From: Gammaproteobacteria bacterium
GTDB taxonomy: Bacteria; Pseudomonadota; Gammaproteobacteria; Ga0077536
Assembly (NCBI GenBank): GCA_016209015.1
Contig: JACQWY010000011.1
Coordinates: forward strand, 40,922-104,921
Direction: 5' to 3'
Length of the DNA: 64,000 bases
Shown here: one piece after another, positions 1-12,800 of the stretch
Numbering within the stretch: the first letter of the stretch is position 1
Layout of the letters: each line of letters begins with the position of its first letter
Made by a program: the position numbers and the translations under genes
Notes under the pieces: generated by a model
What the model saw: the letters and a program-made list of their open reading frames with translations, nothing else
Database searches by the model: none
Told to the model about the DNA's origin: nothing

Positions 1-635
1 GCGAACAGCCACGGCTGCTCCGCCTTGCGCTTCGCCTCGTACGCCCGGATCTCGTCGGCGTGCGTGAGCGTGATGCCGATGTCGTCGAGGCCGTTCAGCA
101 TGCGGTGCTTCAAGCTCGCCTCGTAGTCGAAGCGGAACACTTCGCCGCCCGGCGTCGTGACCGTCTGCGCGGCGAGATCGATCGTGAGTGCGTAGCCCTC
201 CTTCGCCTCGCATTCCGTGAACAGCTTGTCGACGGCCGCCGCCGGCAGCTTCACGAGCAGCAGCCCGTTCTTCGAGGAGTTGCTGTAGAAGATGTCGGCG
301 AAGCTCGGCGCGATGACGGCGCGGAAGCCGTAGTCGACGATCGCCCACGGCGCGTGCTCGCGCGAGGAGCCGCAGCCGAAGTTGTCGCGGGCGAGCAGGA
401 TTTGCGCGCCCCGGTAGCGCGGCTGATTCAGCACGAAGTCCTTGTTCAGCGGACGGCCCTCGTTCGGCTTGTCCGGGCCGCCCTGATCGAGATAGCGCCA
501 TTCGTCGAACAGATTCGGGCCGAAGCCCGAGCGCTTGATCGACTTCAGGAACTGCTTCGGGATGATCGCGTCCGTGTCGACGTTCGGGCGATCGATCGGC
601 GCCACGAGTCCCGTCAATTGCGTGAAAGCTTCCAT
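1..635 (-). CDS. leuD: 3-isopropylmalate dehydratase small subunit (runs off left edge)
   Basis: Not in the ORF track; manual translation from ATG at 635 gives [48 protein letters not shown]... ending ...EQPWLFA at the window edge; directly downstream of leuC. Confidence 0.96.
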   Translation of the reverse strand, partial: MEAFTQLTGLVAPIDRPNVDTDAIIPKQFLKSIKRSGFGPNLFDEWRYLDQGGPDKPNEGRPLNKDFVLNQPRYRGAQILLARDNFGCGSSREHAPWAIVDYGFRAVIAPSFADIFYSNSSKNGLLLVKLPAAAVDKLFTECEAKEGYALTIDLAAQTVTTPGGEVFRFDYEASLKHRMLNGLDDIGITLTHADEIRAYEAKRKAEQPWLF

Positions 636-639
636 CGGT

Positions 640-2040
<1,401 letters not shown>

Positions 2041-2214
2041 GGTGCTGGACCGTCGTTCGTTGAAAAGGAGGCGGATTCTAGCATCCTTTGCCGGGCCCGT
2101 TCCCCCACCCGAAAAGGCAGCTCAGCGCGAGCTTTTTGACCTGGGTCGGTGGGCATTGACGACAGCCTGCTAAGATTCGCGGCATCGAATTTCCAATCCA
2201 ACGAGGTGAACGTC

Positions 2215-2727
2215 ATGCGTCCCAAGTCGAGGGTCTTTTTCCGCCGGCTCCTGTTGACGGGCGTCCTGCTGGCCGCGCCCGCCGCCCATGCCGATTTCAA
2301 CGACGGCATCGCTGCATTCGCGGCCGGCGACTACAACAAGGCCATGCAGGTATTCCAACCGCTCGCGACGACGTCGAACCACGCCTACGCGCAGTACTTT
2401 CTCGGGCGCATGTACCTCGAGGGCCGGGGCGTCGAGCGCGACCCGGCCGAAGCGGCGAAGTGGCTGCGCAAGGCCGCCGAGCAGAGCGTGAAGGAAGCGC
2501 AGTACCAGATGGGCAGCCTGTACGTGCGTGGCGAGGGCGTGCCGAAGGATATGGAGCAGGCCTATGCCTGGCTGAGCTGCGCGGCGCATCTCGGCAGCCC
2601 GCGTGCCCAGGAGGCGCTCGCGGGACTGGAGCTCAGCGCCGAGGAGAAGACCGCGGCGGACAAGCTCGCCGAGGAGCTCATCGCGAAGTACGGCAAGACG
2701 CCCGCCTCGACGAGCGTCACTCAGTAA
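2215..2727 (+). CDS. Sel1-like repeat (TPR) exported protein
   Basis: Signal peptide (LLLTGVLLAAPAAHA-D); Sel1 repeats AQYFLGRMYLEGRGV and AQYQMGSLYVRGEGVPKD; ATG 2215 preceded by GAGGTG RBS (ORF track starts at 2149). Confidence 0.88.
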   Translation: MRPKSRVFFRRLLLTGVLLAAPAAHADFNDGIAAFAAGDYNKAMQVFQPLATTSNHAYAQYFLGRMYLEGRGVERDPAEAAKWLRKAAEQSVKEAQYQMGSLYVRGEGVPKDMEQAYAWLSCAAHLGSPRAQEALAGLELSAEEKTAADKLAEELIAKYGKTPASTSVTQ

Positions 2728-2764
2728 TCGACCGGCCTGCCCTGGGCGCCGGCCCGGCCGGCGC

Positions 2765-3100
2765 TCAGACCCGGACGTCCACGTACATGCCCTTGTAGGC
2801 TGACGTGGCGGCCCCGCCCATGTTCTCGATCATCGCCGCGAGCAATGCCGACGGCCCCTGGCGGCGACTCTGCCATGCCGCCTCGGGCGAGGCATTCGGC
2901 GCGCTGCGCGCCTCGCCGTCCGCGAATCCCGTGTGGACGTCCGGCTCTCGCGCGGCCGCGCCCGTGGCGCGGCCGGCCTCGTCGGCCTGGGCCGGCCGCG
3001 TATAGGGCCCGCGCCGCGCACCCGCGATGCCCGGGCCGTCAGCCTGCCAGGTCGGCAGGCCGGCACTGTAGGGATAGACGCTGAGCGCACCGACGGCCAT
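2765..3100 (-). CDS. Small hypothetical protein, last gene of TPS locus 1
   Basis: ATG 6 nt after the sapC stop on the same strand; C-terminus AMIENMGGAATSAYKGMYVDVRV resembles the KG-x-x-VD-x-x-V ends of small YjfB-like proteins (recollection, unverified). Confidence 0.5.
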   Translation of the reverse strand: MAVGALSVYPYSAGLPTWQADGPGIAGARRGPYTRPAQADEAGRATGAAAREPDVHTGFADGEARSAPNASPEAAWQSRRQGPSALLAAMIENMGGAATSAYKGMYVDVRV

Positions 3101-3106
3101 GACGTG

Positions 3107-3853
3107 CTAGCCGCCCTCCGCTCGCGCGGGGCCCTGATTCGCCGCGAGCTTGTCGACGTTGGCGAGGGAATGCAGGTGCAGGTACAGCAACTCGAGATAC
3201 TCCTGGGCGACCAGTGCGTGGACCTGCGTCGCCGTGAGGGCCTTGATGCGGGCCCGTGTGGCGCACAGGAACCCGTTCAGGGCGAACGTCTCGCCATCCC
3301 CCAGCTTGACGGTCGCCTGCATCGGCTCGAGCAGGTCGGCAGCGACGACGGCGGCGCAGAAGGCAGCCGTCGCCTGGGTCTGGCGATGGTATTCCTCCAG
3401 GAATTCTAGGCACTGGCGCACGGCCGGGCCAGCCTCGCCGCGCTCGTCGAGCAGCTTCGCCCCTTCGGCGACGGTGTTGAAGCCCGAATAGGTCTCGTCG
3501 ATGCACACCGTGTAGCGGTCCGGCGCGGCGGCGTCGGGCACGGGCATGAAGGGATAGCGCCGCAGATAGGCGGGCAGGTATCGGCCGGTCCACCGGCCCT
3601 GGGCGTCCACGACCGCATTGCGGCCCGGCCGCAGACCCAGCAGCGCAACCGGGGCTACGGTACCGTCGTCGCGGCTCAGGAAGACGATCGGAAAGTCGCG
3701 GGCGGCGGGCGGGAATTCGATAGCAGCGAGCGGCAGGACCTGCGCCCCGGCCGCGAAGCGATAGCCGTGATCCGGATCGAGATACCACTCGCGATGCCGC
3801 GTCCGGTCGAGCGGCGTCAGATTGCGGTAGAGCGCCGGCAGCCCGGGCGCCAC
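3107..3853 (-). CDS. SapC family protein (copy 1)
   Basis: EFPPAARDFPIVF, PVALLGL, YLPAYLRRYPF, LYLHLHSLANV motifs typical of SapC; GTG start abuts the tpsA stop; no signal peptide. Confidence 0.88.
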   Translation of the reverse strand: MAPGLPALYRNLTPLDRTRHREWYLDPDHGYRFAAGAQVLPLAAIEFPPAARDFPIVFLSRDDGTVAPVALLGLRPGRNAVVDAQGRWTGRYLPAYLRRYPFMPVPDAAAPDRYTVCIDETYSGFNTVAEGAKLLDERGEAGPAVRQCLEFLEEYHRQTQATAAFCAAVVAADLLEPMQATVKLGDGETFALNGFLCATRARIKALTATQVHALVAQEYLELLYLHLHSLANVDKLAANQGPARAEGG

Positions 3854-3854
3854 G

Positions 3855-6800
3855 TCAGTAGCGCGCGTGGACCGCCGGCAGTAGGAGCTCGCCCTGCCAG
3901 CGCACGCGGCCCGTCGCGTCGATGGCGACCGCTCCGTGCGGCGTCGCGTCCGCGTTGTCGGCGAGGCTCAGTATGAACGAGTCGTCGATGTCCTCTTCGA
4001 GCTCCTCGAATTCGCCGGGCGCGGCCGCGGGCTTGCCGGCCGGCTTCGGCGCGGCCTTCGGGGCCGGCGCGGGCGTCGGCTTCGGGGCGGCCGGTGCGGG
4101 CACGGCGGGCTTCGCGGCCGGCGCGGGCTGGACCGGCGCGGCCTTCGGCTTGTCGTCGAACGTCTCGTCGAGCTCTTCGAATTCCGCCGGCTTCGCGGCT
4201 GGCGCGGCCGGCGCCGGAGCGGCCTTCGGCGCGGCCTGGGGCTGCGTCGCGGAGGGCTTCTCGACCTCTTCGAAATCCTCTTCCGGCGCGGGTTGATTCG
4301 CCGCGGGTGCGGGCGGTTTGCCCTTCGCGCCGCCGACGTCGAGGTCCTCGAAATCGTCCTTGCGCGATTCCTCCTGCGCCTCCTGGTAATCCTGGAGCTG
4401 CTTCTTGTAGCCCTCGAAGCTCGCGAGCTGCCGCTCGTATTCCGCGACGAGGTCCTTGCGTTCGCGACCGCCGCCGCGTTCCCCTTTGCCGCGCTGCTTG
4501 AGCACGTCCAGGCGCGCCTTCAGGCCCGCGATGAGCTTGTCGAGCTCTTCCATCGTCACGTTCGGCGCGCAGCCGTCCTTGTCCTCGCACTGGTCGAGCG
4601 AGAGCGCGATGCCGTTGCCGAGCACGCCGAAGAGCGTCAGATCCTGCTCGAACACGCCGACGTCGACGAACTGCACGTTCTGCAGACCGGTCAGCGCCGC
4701 CGCCGGGTTGCTGAACACGACCTGCACCGCCTGTACGCCGATGGGATTCGTCAACGAGGAGATGATCTTCAGGGCCGTCGGGTCGAACGTCTGGGAGGTC
4801 GCGTTCGAGGACGGATCGAAGGTCGGTTGCTGCACCGAGGACGAGACGGCGACGAGCACCGGTCCGCCGCCGAGGTCGAGACGGATGTTCTGGTTGTTCA
4901 CGATCGCGTTGTTCGCGATGAGCACCGCCTTGTCCGCCGTGATGCCGACCGTGCCCACGGTCGGGCCCGTGATGTCGCCCGAGGCGGAGCCCGTGCCCTG
5001 CGTATCGCCCACGGCGAGCATCGTGACCTGCCCGCCGGTCGCCGCGAGATCCGCGAGCAGATCGATGTTGCTCGCGAGCAGCGTCACGTCGCCGTGCGTC
5101 GCGAACGTGCTGCCGACGGTGATCCGATCCGCGTTGATCTCGTCGACCCGTGCATCCTCGGCCGGCCCCGTGCGCGGCGTCAGGATGCCGCCGACAATCA
5201 GATGACCGTGATAACCGGAGAAGGCCGTCGAGGAGAGGTGCCGGGCTGCAACCGTCGTGTCGATCAAGAGGTCCGTGCCGGCCGTCGGGTTGATGTCGAG
5301 ACTGCCGTTGCCGACCACCGAGCCCGCGAACGTCCAGGTGTTCGTGCTCGACTCGGCGAGCACGTCACCGGCGATGTCGGCATTGCCGTTGAATACGAGG
5401 TTGGCGCCGTGCAGATCGCCGTTGAACGTCGTGCTGCCTGAATACGTCTGCGAGCCCGTCGTCGTCACCGCGCCGATGACGGAATTCGCGCTCGCGATGT
5501 CGACGCTGCCCGCGGCGATCGCGCCGCCCACCGTGAAGCTGCCGGCGGGCGCCTGCGCGCTGAACGCGCCCGAGTGCGCATCGACCGCGCCGCCGAGCAC
5601 GATCGCACCGCCGCCGGTCGAGATCGTCGTCGTGCCGCTCGTCGTGAGCGCGCCGCCGAGCGTGAAGTTGCCGCCGCCCGTACTCGCGACGACCCCGGCG
5701 CTGCCCGTCAGCGCGCCGGTGATCGCCATGGGCGCCGCGGCGCTCGTGAGCGTCAGCGCGCCGCTGCTCGTGACGTTGCCGGCGATCGTGATTGCGCCGG
5801 CGGTGATCGACTGCACACCGGCCGTCACGACGTTGCCCTGCACGTTGAGCGCCGTGCCGCCGGTGTCGATGTTCGCGGTCGCGAGCGTGATCTGGGGCGC
5901 GGTGAACGTACCCGAGATGCCCGCGACGGCGCCGAAGGCCAGCGTCGCATTCGCGCCCTGCGCGGTGAGGTTCTGCACGTTCGTGAACGCGTTGCCGTTC
6001 ATCGTGCCGGCGTTCGCGCCGGTGATGTTCCAGCCGTTCACGATGCCGTTGCCGACGAGCTCGTTCGTGCCGGCGCCGCCGTCCATCGTGCCCGAAACGA
6101 GCACGCCCGCGCCGCTGATGACGTAGCGATCCGCGGCTGCGCCGCCGGTCAGGTTCTCGACCCCGGTGAACGCGAAGCTGTCGAGCGTGCCCTGGTTCGC
6201 CGCGGTGACGGTCCAGGTGTTCGCGACGTCGTCGGCGATCAGCGTGTCGGCGGCGGACGCGCTGCCGGTCAGCGCCTCGACGTTCGTCGTGCCGCCCGCG
6301 GTCGTCACGAGACTCGCCGTGTGGTTCTTCAAATCGACCGTGATCGGGCCGGCGAGCGCGCTGTAGTCGAGGCGATCCGTGCCGACGCCGCCATCGAGCG
6401 TCGCATAGCCCGCGGCGCCCGAGAACTGGAACGTGTCGTCGGCGCCGCCGCCGACGAGCTGCGAGACGTTCGTGAACGCCGAATTGCCGCCGATGTCGCC
6501 GGCGTTCGCGCCGTTGAGGTGCCAGGTGTTCGCGACGTCGCCGCCCTGGATCGTGTTCGTGCCGAGTCCGCCGTCGATCGCGCCCGCGAACGCCGAGGCA
6601 CCGACCACGACGAACGTATCGCCCGCGCTGCCGCCGGTGACGTTCATGATGCCGGAGAAGCTGCCGCCGAGTCCTGTCCCCGCCCCCGTGATCGTGCCCG
6701 AGGTGGCGCCCGTCAGCGTCCAGCTCGTCGCGACGTTGTCGCCGGTGATCGTATTCGTGCCGCCGCCGCCGTTGATGCTGCCCGTCAGCCGGCCGCCGGC

Positions 6801-9800
6801 GGTAAAGACGAAATCGTCGTTCGCGCTGCCGCCCTGCAGGTTGCCGACGTTCGTGAACGTCGCATTGTTTATCCCGACCACGATCTGGAACGTGTTCAGA
6901 CCGTTGATGGTCCAGGTCGCGTTCGAGTTCGGGCCGATGATCGTGCTGAGCGAATTGTTCGTGACGTAGACGTCGATGCCGGTGAAGCCCGGCCCGGTCG
7001 CGCCGACGAGCGGGCTCAGATCGCCCTGATCGAGCGTCGCGAGATTCGTGATCGTGAGCGAGACCGCGCTCGTCGAAGCGGACCAGTCGAGCGTGTCGTT
7101 GCCGGCCGCGCCGCCGTTGACGCTGCCCGTGATGCGCGCGTCCGCGCTGAAGACGAAGCTGTCGTTGCCCGTGCCGCCGACGAGATTGCCGGTCAGCACC
7201 GTGCCCGTGCCCCCGATGTTGAACGTGTCGTTGCCGTTGCCGCCGCTGAGATTGCCGGTGTGATTGCCGGTGACGTCGAACGTATCGTCGGCTGCACTGC
7301 CGGTCAGGTTCTCTATCGCCGAGAACGCGAGCGTTCGCAGGCCGACCGTGAAGCTCTCGCTGCCGCCCACCGCCCACGTCGCCGTCGCGACGCCGCCGTT
7401 CGTGAGCGTGTCCGTGCCGGCGCTGCCGACCGCGACGTCGATGTTGTCGAAGCCGGTCGCGAGGAAGTGCTCGGTGCCCTGCACGCCGTCGACCGTGCCC
7501 GATCCAGTCACGGTGAGCGAGGCGACGCCCGCGTTGCCCGCGAAGCTGAGCGTATCCGCGCCGCTGCTGCCGTCGACGTGGCCGATCGTGCCTGCCGCGT
7601 TGCGCGTGACGACGAAGCTGTCCGCGTCCGTGCCGCCGACGAGCGTCGGAAAGTCCGCGAACGTCAGCGTGCCGGCCCCGCTCGCCAGCGTGCCGCCGTT
7701 CGCGGCATTGATCGTCCAGGTATTCGTCGCGTTCGGACCGGTGAGTTGTCCCGCCGCGCCCGTCCTGTTCGCGATGGACTCGATCCCGCTGAAGCCGGCG
7801 GCGATGCTCGCCTCCGTGCCGCTCGCCCCCGTCGCATCGAGGGCGGTGACGACTACCGTCCGTCCCGTGGCGAACGCACTCCAGTCGAGCGTGTCGGTGC
7901 CGCTGCCGCCCGCGACCGCGCCGGTCTGGGAGCCGGTCGTGAACGCGAACGTATCGGCGTTCGTGCCGCCCGCGAGGTTCGCGAAGTTCGTGTAGGCCAT
8001 CGTGCGCCCGCCGCTCGTCACCGAGCCCGTGTCCGCGCCGCTGATCGTCCAGGCGTTCACGAGGTTCGCGCCCGTGAGCGTGCCGGGGAAGGCGCCCGGG
8101 TTCACGAGCGCGGTGATGTCGTCGAAGCCGCCGCCGATGCCCGTCACCGTACCCTGGAAACCGACCGTCGTGCCGAGCGCGGTCAGCGTCACGTCGTGCG
8201 CGGCACCGGACGTCGACCAATCGATCGTGTTCGCGCCGGCGCCGCCGTCGATGTTGCCGGTGAAGCTCGCATTCGGCGTGAAGGTGTCGACGACGCCGCC
8301 GCCGAGCAGCGTCTGGATGCCCGAAAAATTCGTCGTGAGGCCGCCCACGGTGATCGAGCCGCCGGTCGCGGAATCGAGCGTCCAGGTGTTCGCGGCCGCA
8401 GCAGCACCGGTCACTTTGTTCGTGCCGCCGCCACCGATGATGCTGCCGGCGATCTGGCCGCCGCTCGAGAAGCGGAAGTCGTCGTTGCTCGTGCCGCCGA
8501 CGACCAGGAAATTGTTGAACGTGTTCTCGTTGCCGGTCGTCGGTCCGAACGTGCCCGAGTTGACGCCGGTGATCTTCCAGATCGTGCTCGCCTGCGTGCC
8601 GGCGTCGGGGCCGTAGATCGCGCCGAGGCCGTTGCCGGTGACGGTCTGGACGTTCGTGAAGGTCGGGACGAGATCGACGTCCGGGGGCGAGGCGATCAGG
8701 GCCTCGTCGAGGATCGAGCCCGAATTCGCCGCGCCGCCGACCGTGTACTTCAGCGCGAGTGTCGAGCCGCTGAAGTCGATCACGTTCACGCCCGCGCCGC
8801 CGCCGCCGTCGACGCTGCCCGAGATCCGGCCGTGCACGGCGCCTGCGCTCGTGAACACGAAGCTGTCGGCGCCCGTGCCCCCGGTCAGGCTGCCGAAGTT
8901 CGTGAACGTCATCCCGCCGTTCACGTCGCCGAGGTCGAGATCGCTGACGTTGAACGTCGTGCCGGTATTGCTCGCGACGAGCGTGTTCGTGCTGGCCGTG
9001 CCGGCGGCATCGACGCTGCTCAGGTTCGAGACGAGCGCGAGATTGAAGGTGACGCCCGAGGCCGCGAAGTGCACGGCGTTCGTACCGCCCGCGCCGCCGT
9101 CGACCGTGGTGGTTCCGAGCGAGGTGACGCCGATGGGGAAATCGAAGGTGTCGTTGCCGGCGTTGCCGACGAGATTGCCGATGCCGGTGAACGTCGCCGT
9201 GCCGCCGAGCGTCGCGACGCTGCCGTCCGTCGCGTTCGTCATCGTCCAGGTATTCGCCGCGTTGTCGGCCGTCAGGGTATTGCCGCTCGCCGTGCCGCCG
9301 CCGCTCAGGCTGCCGGAGATCATGCCGCCGCCGGTGAACGCGAAGGCATCCGTAGCGGTGCCGCCGGTCAGCGTCTTGAACTCCGAGAACGCGACCGAGC
9401 CGCCGCCACTCGCGAGCGTTCCGGAATTCGCGCCGGTCACGGACCAGGTGCTCGCGGCATTCGGACCGGTGAGCTGTCCCGGCGCGCCGGTCTTGCCGAT
9501 CAGGGTTTCGACGTTCGCGAAACCGCCGATGACGCTGCCGGCCTCGAGGCCGTCCGCGCCATTCGCGTCGAGCGCCGTGATGGAGACGTCGCGCGTCGTC
9601 CCGTAGTTGCTCCAGTTGATGGTGTCCGAGCCGCCGGCGCCGTCGATGGCGACGACCGTGAACGCGCCCGCCGCGAACACGAACGCATCGGCGTTCGTCC
9701 CGCCCTGCAGGCCCTCGAAGCTCGAGAACGTCACCGTGCCGCCGGCATTGACGACGTTGCCGGAGTTGTTGCCGGTGATATTGAACGTGTTCGCCACATT

Positions 9801-12800
9801 CTTGCCGACGAGCGTGTCGGCTCCCGCGCTGCCGGTCACGTCCTGAATGTTCGTCAGACTGCCGAGGTCGACGGCGATCGGGGTCGGCGACGCGGAGAAG
9901 TCGTAGTGGTTCGTGCCGGCGCCGCCGTCGGCCGTGCCCGTGATGCGGCCGGTGCCGGTGAAGGAGAACGTGTCGTTGCCGCCGCCCGCGGTGACGTTCT
10001 GCATATTGCTGAAGGCGAGCGGTGTCGCGGTGTTCACGCTGCCTGCGTCGTCCGTTCCCGCGATCGTGAACGTGAGGTCCGCGACCGCCGCCGCGAGGCT
10101 CAGCGTGTTCGTCACGCCGCCGCCCGTGCCACCCTGCAACGACCCCACGCCCGTGAAGCTCACGGGTCCGACGCTGATCGTGCCGCTGCCGCCGCCGGCG
10201 GCGACCGAATACACCGCGCTCGAGTTCGGACCGACGAGCGTCGTGTTCGCGCCGTTGCCGGTGAGCGCGTTGATGTTGCCGATCGAGCCGCCGACGCTCG
10301 TCGCCGTACCGGCCGCGAGGTTCACGTTGAGCGTCGTCGCGGGCGCGACGAGCGAATAATCGAGCGTGTTCGTGCCGCCCGCGCCGCCATTGATGTTGCC
10401 GGTGACCGAGCCGCCGTTGAACTGGAAGCTGTCGGTCGTATTGCCGCCTGTCAGCGACGAGAAGGCGGTGAACGAGAGCCCGTTCAAGGTCCCGGCATTG
10501 CTCGCGGTCAGTATCCAGGCATTGACGGTGTCGTCGCCGCTGAGCGTGTTCGTCCCGGTGCCGCCGGCCAGGCTGCCGCTGAGCGAGCCGCCGCCGCTGA
10601 ACGTCACGGCGTCCGTGCTCGTGCCGCCCGTCAGCGTCCCGAAGTTCGTGAAGGCGAGCGTGCCGCCGCCGCTCGTGAGCGAGCCGCCGTCCGCGGCGTT
10701 GACGGCCCAGGTGTTCGCCTGGTTCGCCGCAGTGAGGATGCCGCCCGCTGCGCTCGTCACGCTGTCGATGCCGCTGAACGTGCCGGTGAGGCTGCTGCTC
10801 GCGCTCGTGTCCGTGCCCGTTGCGCCGGTCGCGTCCATCGCGGAGAGCACGAGCGTGCGCGCGCTGCCGAAAGCCGCCCAGTTGATGACGTCGTTGCCGG
10901 CGTTGCCCTGGATGGAGCCGACCTGGAAGGCACCGGTGAACGTGAACGTATCCGCGTTCGCGCCGCCGATCAGCGTCTGAATATTCGTGAACGTCGTCGT
11001 CAACCCGCCGGTCGTCAGGCTGCCGGCATTCGCACCCGTGATCGAGAACGTCCCCGCCGCAACGGTGGTCAGCGTATTGACGCCCGTGCTGCCGTCGATG
11101 CCGGTCCCGCCCGTCAGGCGCCCGCCGCTGTTGACGGTGAAGTTGTCGATCTGATCCCCGCCGACGACTTGCGCGGCCGCGAACGACGTGCCGTTCAGCG
11201 TGAAGACGTCGACACCGGTGACGACCCAGTTGTTCGTCTGGCCGTTCGGTGCGGTGATCGTCGCGATGCCGGTGACGCTCTCGATGTTGTCGTAGTCGTC
11301 CACTCCGCCGACGATGGGGTCCGGCACGCCGGAGACGTCGCCCTTACCCGAACCGCCTTTGGGCGAGACGTCGACCGAGGTCGCGTAGCCCGAGAAGCTC
11401 AGGGCGTCGCTGGCGCCGGCACCGTCGACCATGCCGGTGAGCACCGCAGCTCCGGAAAAATTGAATGTGTCGGCGCCCGAACCACCCGTGAGATTGCCAC
11501 TGTGGTTTTGCGAGACGTTGAACGTATCACCGCCCGTGCCCGCCGTCAGGTTCTCGAGCGCCGAGTATGTGAGCGTGCGCCCGCCGCTGACGTAAGTCTT
11601 CGAGGCGCCGAGATTCCAGGTGGAAGCCGTGTTGCGGCCGGTCAGCGTGTCGGTCGCCGAACCGCCGACGAGCACGTCGATGTCGTCGAACGCCGTCACC
11701 GCCGCTTCCGCGCCCTGGAAGCCGTGGCTCGTACCGAGCGTCGCGGCAATCGTGATGCTGCGCGCCGTGCCGAACGCGGCGAAGCTGAGCGTGTCCGAAC
11801 CGCCGCTGCCGCCGTCGATCGAAGCCGCGGTCACGCCGCTCGCGAGCACGAAGCTGTCGTTGCCCGCGCCGCCGGTGAGCGTGCCCGTGACGCTCTGGTT
11901 GATGTTGAACGTGTCGCCGGCGCCGCCCGCCGCGAGGTTCTCGAACGCCGAGAACGTGAGCGTGTTCGTGCTGACGTAGGTCTTCGTCACACCGATGTTC
12001 CACACTGCCGCGAGCGCCGCTGCACCGGTCAGGGTATCGGTCGCGGAGCCGCCGGTGAGCACATCGATGTCGTCGAAGGCCGTCACGGCCGCTTCCGAAC
12101 CCTTGAAGCCGTGCGACGTGCCGAGTGCGCTCAGCGTCACGTTGCGCGCGGTGTTGTACGCCGCGAAGCTCAACGTATCCGTGCCGCCGCTGCCGCCGTC
12201 GATCGTGCCGGTCACGGTGCGCGTGTTCGCGAAGACGAAATCGTCCGAGCCCGCGCCGCCGGTGAGGTTGCCGGTGTGGTTGACGTTGATGTTGAACGTG
12301 TCGCCGAGGCCGCCCGCATTCAGGTTTTCGATCGCCGAGAACGTCAGCGTGTTCGTACTGACGTAGGTCCGCGTGCCGGCGATGTTCCAGACGCCCGCCG
12401 CCGCGGCGAGGCCGGCCAGGCTGTCCGTGCCCGTACCGCCGGTGAGGGCGTCGATGTTGTCGAAGCCGTTCGCGCCGCCGCCGTTGATCGCGGCCTCGTG
12501 GCCCTTGAAGCCGCGCGTCGTGCCGAGGCCGTCGAGGACGAAGGCGCGGGCCGTCGTATAGGCCGAGAAATCCAGCGTGTTCGTGCCGGAGTTCGCGCCG
12601 GCATCGATCGTTCCGGCGAGTGTGGCGCCGTCGGCGAACACGAACGTGTCCGCGCCCGTGCCACCGACGAGGTTCTCGATGCCCGCGAACGTGAGCGTGT
12701 TCGTGCTCACGTAGGTGTTCGCGCCGAGGTTCCAGGTCGAGGTCGCGTTGAGGCCGGTCAGGGTATCGGTCGCCGAGCCGCCGACGACCCGCGTGATGTT

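Noticed and set aside
2041-2214. Leucine attenuator upstream of leuC
   Set aside because: No Leu-rich leader peptide or clear terminator/antiterminator pair found on the minus strand
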